Shown: in pieces, positions 58,227 through 64,000 of the stretch | Numbering within the stretch: the first letter of the stretch is position 1 | Layout of the letters: each line of letters starts with the position of its first letter | Origin: an uncultured Hungatella sp. | Lineage (GTDB): Bacteria; Bacillota; Clostridia; Lachnospirales; Lachnospiraceae | NCBI GenBank assembly: GCA_910586845.1 | Contig: CAJUJV010000002.1 | Span: forward strand, 33,357 to 97,356 | Reading direction: 5' to 3' | DNA: 64,000 nt | Notes under the pieces: generated by a model | What the model was told of the DNA's origin: nothing | Seen by the model: the letters and a program-made list of their open reading frames with translations, nothing else | The model's database searches: none | Translations under genes and position numbers: made by a program

Positions 58227-59708
58227 ATGGCATCACAATTATTTGCGGCAATCGACGTAGGCTCCTTTAAGCTGGAACTGGGGATCTATGAGATCACGGC
58301 CAAAAACGGGCTGCGCCAGGTGGAACACCTGCGCCATGTCATTGCTCTGGGAAAAAACACCTACAGCACGGGAAAGATCAGCTATGAGCTGGTGGACGAG
58401 ATGTGCAGGATTCTGGGAGATTTTACCGGAGTCATGAAGGCTTACGGGGTCAGCGATTACCGGGCCTACGCCACCACAGCCATGAGAGTGGCCAAGAACA
58501 GCCACATCATACTGGAGCAGATCCGGGTGAGGACAGGGATCAAGGTCAGGATCTTAAGCAACTCGGAGCAGAGGCTTCTGACCTACAAGGCCGTGGCCAT
58601 GAAGGAGGCGGAGTTCCAGAAGATCATCCAGAAAGGGACGGCTATCGTGGATGTCAGTTTCGGAAGCATGCAGATTTCCCTGTTTGATAAAGACAGTCTG
58701 GTATCCACCCAGAATCTGCCTCTGGGGGTTATGCGCATCGGAGGACTTCTGTCCAGGATCCCTGCGGCCGGCTGGCAGCAGAAATCCCTGGTAGAGGAGA
58801 TCGTGGACAAGGAACTGGAAACTTACAAGAAGATGTATCTGAGAGACCGGGACATGAAAAACAGGGGGATCAAAAATCTCATCGCCATCGGAGAGCTGAT
58901 CCTGTACCTGGCAAGAGACGAGGTGGACAACGGCATGACGGACCGCATAGAGGCTTCCGAGTTTATCGAGGAACGTTTCGGCGTCAATGCAGGCTATGCA
59001 TCTCTTCTGATGCCCGCGGCCGTGATTTTTTGCCGCGTGGTGGAGATGACCGGGGCGGAGATGATCTGGATCCCGGGAGTGCGCATGTGCGACGGCACTG
59101 CTGCCGAGTATGCCCACAATATCAAGAAGCTGCATTTCACCCATAATTTTGACGAGGATATCCTGACCACCTCCCGGAACATGGCCAAACGTTACCGCTG
59201 CGGCGGGAGCCATCCCCAGTGTGTGGAAAAAATGGCCCTGGAGCTTTTTGACGTGATGAAAAAGAATCACGGGCTCAGCGGAAGAGACCGTCTTCTCCTG
59301 CAGATCGCGGCGATCATCCACGGATGCGGAAAGTTTATCAGCACCCGAAACGTGAGCGACAGCGCCTACAATATTATTATGGCCACGGAGATCATCGGCC
59401 TCTCCCACGAGGAGAGAAAGCTGGTGGCGGAGGCCGTCCGCAGTTATGAAGAGGAATTTGACTATGCCGACAACGACACCAGGGTGGCCAAAGTGACGGC
59501 CCTGCTGCGGCTGGCCAATGCTCTGGACAGAAGCCATAAACAGAAACTGTCCGAGTGCAGGATGATCGTGAAAAACGGGGAGCTGCTGATCACCGCCGCT
59601 TATGAGGGAGATATCAGTCTGGAACTTCTGGCAGTGGAGAGATGTGCGGATTTCTTTGAGGAGATTTTTGGTATCAGACCGGTACTGAAAAAGAAAAGGA
59701 GGGGTTAA
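58227..59708 (+). CDS. ppx: Ppx/GppA-family protein with HD-like C-terminus (degenerate active site)
   Basis: AAIDVGS and ATTAMR motifs; upstream of ppk1. Confidence 0.82.
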   Translation: MASQLFAAIDVGSFKLELGIYEITAKNGLRQVEHLRHVIALGKNTYSTGKISYELVDEMCRILGDFTGVMKAYGVSDYRAYATTAMRVAKNSHIILEQIRVRTGIKVRILSNSEQRLLTYKAVAMKEAEFQKIIQKGTAIVDVSFGSMQISLFDKDSLVSTQNLPLGVMRIGGLLSRIPAAGWQQKSLVEEIVDKELETYKKMYLRDRDMKNRGIKNLIAIGELILYLARDEVDNGMTDRIEASEFIEERFGVNAGYASLLMPAAVIFCRVVEMTGAEMIWIPGVRMCDGTAAEYAHNIKKLHFTHNFDEDILTTSRNMAKRYRCGGSHPQCVEKMALELFDVMKKNHGLSGRDRLLLQIAAIIHGCGKFISTRNVSDSAYNIIMATEIIGLSHEERKLVAEAVRSYEEEFDYADNDTRVAKVTALLRLANALDRSHKQKLSECRMIVKNGELLITAAYEGDISLELLAVERCADFFEEIFGIRPVLKKKRRG

Positions 59709-59711
59709 GCC

Positions 59712-61847
59712 GTGGCAGAGATCGACTCAAAATATACCAGATATGAAAATTATGTAAACAGAGAACTGAGCTGGCTGGAATTCGACTACCGCATTCTGGA
59801 GGAAGCAAGGGATAAGACTCTCCCCTTGTTCGAACGGCTGAAATTTTTAAGTATCACCGCCTCCAATCTGGACGAATTTTTTATGGTCCGGGTGGCCTCC
59901 TTAAAAGATATGGTCCATGCAGGCTACACCAAACCGGATCTGGCAGGTCTTAAACCGGAAGAGCAGCTGAAAAAAATAGAGGAGAAAACCCACGACCTGG
60001 TGACTCTTCAGTACTCCACCTACAACCGTTCCCTTCTTCCGGCCCTGCGCCAGAACGGTCTGCGCATCATCGTCAGACACGAGGATCTGACAAAGGAGGA
60101 GGGAGAATATGTGGACCGGTATTTTCGGGACAATGTATATCCGGTGCTGACTCCCATGGCAGTGGATTCCTCCCGGCCTTTCCCGCTGATCTACAACAAA
60201 TCCCTGAACATCGCGGCTCTGGTGAAAGAGAAAGAGAAAGAGGATCAGCTGGACTTTGCCATGGTCCAGGTGCCCAGCGTGCTGCCCAGGATCGTGGAGA
60301 TCCCCGCCCAGGGGGAGCGGGTGGTCATCCTGCTGGAGGAGATCATAGAGAGAAACGTATCGACACTGTTTGTAAAACATGAAGTCCTGGCCGCCCATCC
60401 CTTCCGGATCATGAGAAACGCGGACCTGTCCATCGATGAGGATGAGGCGGAGGATCTGTTAAAAGAAATAGAGAAACAGCTGAAAAAACGCAGATGGGGC
60501 GAAGCTATCCGTCTGGAGATCGAAGAAAATACAGACAAGCGGCTTCTGAAACGTCTGAAAAAGGAGCTGGATATCCATTCCGGCGATATTTTCTCCATCA
60601 ACGGCCCTCTGGATCTGACGTTTCTTATGAAGATGTACGGCCTGGCCGGATTTGATCATCTGAAGGCCCCCGGATATGTGCCCCAGCCCAACCCGGCGTT
60701 TATGAATGAAGACGACATTTTTACCAACATCCGCAAAGGAGATATTCTGCTCCACCATCCTTACGAGTCCTTTGATCCGGTGGTAAATTTCGTGAAGACG
60801 GCTGCCAGAGATCCTCAGGTACTGGCTATCAAGCAGACTCTGTACCGCGTCAGCGGCAACTCCCCCATTGTGGCTGCCCTGGCAGAGGCGGCGGACCGGG
60901 GCAAGCAGGTCTTTGTGCTGGTGGAGCTGAAGGCCCGTTTTGACGAGGAAAACAACATTAACTGGGCCAAGACCCTGGAGAAAGCAGGCTGCCACGTAAT
61001 CTACGGACTCCTGGGGTTAAAGACTCATTCCAAGATCACCCTGGTGGTAAGGCGGGAGGAAGACGGTATCCGCCGCTATGTTCATCTGGGTACGGGAAAC
61101 TATAATGATTCCACGGCGAAACTCTACACGGACTGCGGCATCCTTACCTGCCATCCCCAGATCGGAGAAGATGCCACGGCAGTGTTCAATATGATGTCCG
61201 GCTACTCGGAGCCCCTTCACTGGAATCAGCTGGCAGTGGCTCCTATCTGGCTGAGAAAGCGGTTCCTGAGGATGATCAGGCGGGAGACGGACCATGCCAG
61301 GGCAGGCAGAGGGGGCAGGATCATCGCCAAGGTCAATTCCCTGTGCGACAGGGACATCATCGCCGCCCTCTACGAGGCTTCCTGTGCGGGAGTAAAGATC
61401 GATCTCATCGTCAGAGGAATCTGTTGCCTTCGGGCCGGCGTGCCGGAGTTGAGCGAGAACATCACGGTCCGCTCGATCGTGGGCAATTTCCTGGAACATA
61501 TCAGGATCTTCTATTTTGAGAACGACGAGGCTCCGGAGGTGTATATGGCCAGCGCGGACTGGATGCCGAGAAACCTGGACCGCCGGGTGGAGATCATGTT
61601 TCCCATCCTGGATGAAGGGCTGAGAGAGAAGGCCATCCACATCCTGGAGGTGCAGCTGGCCGACAATATGAAAGCCCATATTCTGCAGCCTGACGGAAGC
61701 TATGTGAAACCGGACAGGAGAGGGAAAGCTCATGTATGCGCCCAGGATACCTTCTGTCAGGAAGCCGTGGAGGCGGTGAAGAAGCAGAAGGCATCTGAGG
61801 AGCCGGAGAACCGGAGAGTGTTCGTGCCGGTGGAGAGAGAAGAATAG
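59712..61847 (+). CDS. ppk1: Polyphosphate kinase 1
   Basis: NRELSWL, NLDEFF, HHPYESF, ELKARFDE, KTHSK and SADWMPRNL. Confidence 0.96.
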   Translation: MAEIDSKYTRYENYVNRELSWLEFDYRILEEARDKTLPLFERLKFLSITASNLDEFFMVRVASLKDMVHAGYTKPDLAGLKPEEQLKKIEEKTHDLVTLQYSTYNRSLLPALRQNGLRIIVRHEDLTKEEGEYVDRYFRDNVYPVLTPMAVDSSRPFPLIYNKSLNIAALVKEKEKEDQLDFAMVQVPSVLPRIVEIPAQGERVVILLEEIIERNVSTLFVKHEVLAAHPFRIMRNADLSIDEDEAEDLLKEIEKQLKKRRWGEAIRLEIEENTDKRLLKRLKKELDIHSGDIFSINGPLDLTFLMKMYGLAGFDHLKAPGYVPQPNPAFMNEDDIFTNIRKGDILLHHPYESFDPVVNFVKTAARDPQVLAIKQTLYRVSGNSPIVAALAEAADRGKQVFVLVELKARFDEENNINWAKTLEKAGCHVIYGLLGLKTHSKITLVVRREEDGIRRYVHLGTGNYNDSTAKLYTDCGILTCHPQIGEDATAVFNMMSGYSEPLHWNQLAVAPIWLRKRFLRMIRRETDHARAGRGGRIIAKVNSLCDRDIIAALYEASCAGVKIDLIVRGICCLRAGVPELSENITVRSIVGNFLEHIRIFYFENDEAPEVYMASADWMPRNLDRRVEIMFPILDEGLREKAIHILEVQLADNMKAHILQPDGSYVKPDRRGKAHVCAQDTFCQEAVEAVKKQKASEEPENRRVFVPVEREE

Positions 61848-61865
61848 AATGTGGAAGTGGAAAAG

Positions 61866-61901
61866 GAAGGGAATCTGACAGAGATTCCCTTCTGTTTTTT
61901 T
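61866..61901 (+). terminator. Intrinsic terminator after ppk1
   Basis: GAAGGGAATCT-GACAG-AGATTCCCTTC followed by a T tract. Confidence 0.8.
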
Positions 61902-61972
61902 AATGAAAAAGTAAGGCAAAATCCGGCCTTTTATGGTATAATTCTCAAAGAAAGAGACGAGGAGGTAATGTG

Positions 61973-62677
61973 ATGTCACAGATCAGCATTCTGGTAGTTG
62001 ATGACGAGAAAGAGATTGCCGACCTGGTGGAGATCTATCTGGTCAGCGACGGGTATAGAGTATTTAAGGCGGACAATGCCCAGGCAGGGCTGGATATCCT
62101 GGACAAGGAGGAGGTCCATCTTGTGCTTCTGGATATCATGATGCCGGGGATGGATGGGCTGGAGATGTGCAAGAGAATCCGGGAGACCAACAACATCCCC
62201 ATCATCATGCTCAGCGCCAGGTCTACGGATCTGGATAAGATTCTGGGGCTGGGAACCGGGGCCGACGATTATGTGGTGAAGCCCTTTAACCCTCTGGAGC
62301 TGACGGCCAGAGTCAAGTCCCAGCTGCGCAGGTATACGCAGCTGAACCCTAACAGCGGATCCAGGGAGGCGGACAAGAACGAGATATCCATCAAAGGGCT
62401 GGTGATCAACAAGGACAATCATAAGGTGATGGTTTACGGGGAAGAGATCAAACTGACGCCTATCGAGTTCGACATCCTCTATCTTCTGGCTTCCAACCCG
62501 GGGAAGGTGTTCAGCACCGACGAGATCTTTGAGAAAGTATGGAACGAGAAAGTCTATGAGGCCAACAACACGGTTATGGTACATATCCGTCGCCTGAGAG
62601 GCAAGATGAAAGAAGATACGAGACAGAACAAGATCATCACCACGGTGTGGGGGGTAGGATACAAAATTGAAAAATGA
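61973..62677 (+). CDS. OmpR-family response regulator
   Basis: VVDDE, LDIMMP, GADDYVVKPF and TVWGVGY; AGGAGG RBS. GTG at 61970 is an alternative start. Confidence 0.92.
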   Translation: MSQISILVVDDEKEIADLVEIYLVSDGYRVFKADNAQAGLDILDKEEVHLVLLDIMMPGMDGLEMCKRIRETNNIPIIMLSARSTDLDKILGLGTGADDYVVKPFNPLELTARVKSQLRRYTQLNPNSGSREADKNEISIKGLVINKDNHKVMVYGEEIKLTPIEFDILYLLASNPGKVFSTDEIFEKVWNEKVYEANNTVMVHIRRLRGKMKEDTRQNKIITTVWGVGYKIEK

Positions 62678-63818
62678 TATGAGCCGCCGGTTTCATACCA
62701 GGGTAATGACCAATATTATATTCAGCACCATCTTTGCCTGTCTGGTGGACCTGTTTCTGGTGACGAATCTGACCATGCTGGGAGAATTTGCCGTCAGGCA
62801 GGGGAGGGAGGACTCTCTGCAGGCGGCTTTCAGCCATCCGGATTCCGTCATTGTCTTACTGTATGTGCTGGCAGGCATCGGAACCTTCTCTGTGTCCTTC
62901 CTTATGCTGCAGAGAAATTCCATGAACTATATCACGAAGATCTCCACTGCCATCAGAAATATTTCCGAGGGCGATCTGAATACCATGGTTGAAGTGGCGG
63001 GGGATGATGAGTTTTCCGCCATGGCCGCCAACCTGAACAAGATGATGGAGGACATCAGGGAGCTGATGGACAAGGAGAGGGAGTCGGAGCGGACCAAGAA
63101 TGAGCTGATCACCAATGTGGCTCATGACCTGAGGACGCCTCTCACCTCCATCATCGGCTATCTGGAACTGCTGTCCGGCCCTGCCAGCCTGACTCCGGAG
63201 ATGGAGAAAAAATATCTTCAGATCACATACACCAAAGCAAAGAGGCTGGAGAAGCTGATTGAGGATCTGTTTGGATTTACCAAGCTCAATTACGGAAAGG
63301 TGTCCATGAAGGTGTCCAAGGTGGACATCGTCAAACTTTTAAGCCAGCTGCTGGAGGAATTTTATCCCAACTTTATGGATAAGAATCTGGCTTATGAGCT
63401 CCAGAGCAACGTACCGGCCAAGATCATCACGGCGGACGGCAATCTGCTGGCCAGGCTTTTTGATAATCTGATCAATAACGCCATCAAATACGGGGCTGAG
63501 GGAAAAAAGATCGAAGTGAAGATCCACGCCGCAGAGACCATTGTGACAGTGTCTGTCACCAACTACGGATATGTGATTCCAAAAGAGGAACTGCCCCTTC
63601 TGTTTGAGAAATTTTACAGGGTGGAACAGTCCCGCTCCACAAACACGGGAGGAACCGGACTGGGACTTGCCATTGCCAGGAATATTGTAGATATGCATGG
63701 GGGAACCATAGGGGTGGCCAGTGATTTAAACGGAACCGTTTTTACTGTCAGACTTCAGGTGGATTTTGATATCAACAAAGAAAATTTCGGAAAACTGGGG
63801 GAACGACATGAATATTAA
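62667..63818 (+). CDS. HAMP-domain sensor histidine kinase with a short extracellular loop
   Basis: AHDLRTP, NAIKY and GGTGLGL. Confidence 0.92.
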   Translation: MKNDMSRRFHTRVMTNIIFSTIFACLVDLFLVTNLTMLGEFAVRQGREDSLQAAFSHPDSVIVLLYVLAGIGTFSVSFLMLQRNSMNYITKISTAIRNISEGDLNTMVEVAGDDEFSAMAANLNKMMEDIRELMDKERESERTKNELITNVAHDLRTPLTSIIGYLELLSGPASLTPEMEKKYLQITYTKAKRLEKLIEDLFGFTKLNYGKVSMKVSKVDIVKLLSQLLEEFYPNFMDKNLAYELQSNVPAKIITADGNLLARLFDNLINNAIKYGAEGKKIEVKIHAAETIVTVSVTNYGYVIPKEELPLLFEKFYRVEQSRSTNTGGTGLGLAIARNIVDMHGGTIGVASDLNGTVFTVRLQVDFDINKENFGKLGERHEY

Positions 63819-64000
63819 GAGACTTGGACGGACAGGGCCGCTGATCTTACTGCTGGCCCTTTTAGCCGTGTTTTCGGCAGGGGCGGCAGAAAAAGGGGAG
63901 CAGGGAAAAGAAGGGATCTCATCTCATGACGGCATTGCCATGGAAGTGACCTACGGATATGACAACACGGCCAAGGGAGGGCGGTACGTGCCTCTGGATG
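63808..64000 (+). CDS. Partial secreted/membrane hypothetical protein (runs off the window)
   Basis: MNIKRLGRTGPLILLLALLAVFSAGAAEK...VTYGYDNTAKGGRYVPLD; overlaps the kinase stop. Confidence 0.65.
   Translation, partial: MNIKRLGRTGPLILLLALLAVFSAGAAEKGEQGKEGISSHDGIAMEVTYGYDNTAKGGRYVPLD

Noticed and set aside
61973..63818. VanRS-like resistance regulator
   Set aside because: Generic OmpR/HAMP kinase pair; no van ligase or peptidase genes in the window.
1..64000. Mobile elements, prophage, CRISPR, rRNA/tRNA or recognisable defence genes
   Set aside because: No transposase, integrase, cas or phage motifs, spaced direct-repeat arrays or tRNA cloverleafs were found by manual reading.

Overview
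This 64 kb window looks like core chromosome of a Lachnospiraceae-like (Clostridia) anaerobe. The taxon is inferred from gene content, SigA promoters, a CIRCE element and sporulation/flagellar sigma-like motifs. About 55 genes are present. In order: a sulfatase/PTS-IIC/RpiR module, a vWA-metallopeptidase-like plus AAA ATPase pair, a two-component system, a DEAD-box helicase, nagA, patB/malY, a lipoprotein flavocytochrome-c-type reductase, a GH4 glycosidase with an AraC regulator, a regulator-potABCD operon, lactonase-aroC-rpiB, a surface glycan locus (flippase, GT2s, rfbC, wzm/wzt and a ~1300-aa multidomain enzyme), split feoA/feoB, sfsA, MATE, GH3, clpB, ansA, cls, plsC-pheA, ppx-ppk1 and a second two-component system. 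I found no rRNA, tRNA, CRISPR array, transposase, integrase or phage genes. The most notable observations: (1) a stand-alone ~125-nt structured RNA candidate with a near-consensus promoter between nagA and patB; (2) a single polypeptide that appears to combine methyltransferase, kinase-like, coiled-coil, GT2 and GT4 modules next to wzm/wzt; (3) feoA and feoB separated by an inverted small gene, each with a sigma-K-like promoter; (4) a surface reductase with a non-fumarate active site; (5) several likely pseudo-enzymes and small ORFs missing from the supplied track. All calls come from manual motif reading; no searches were run.
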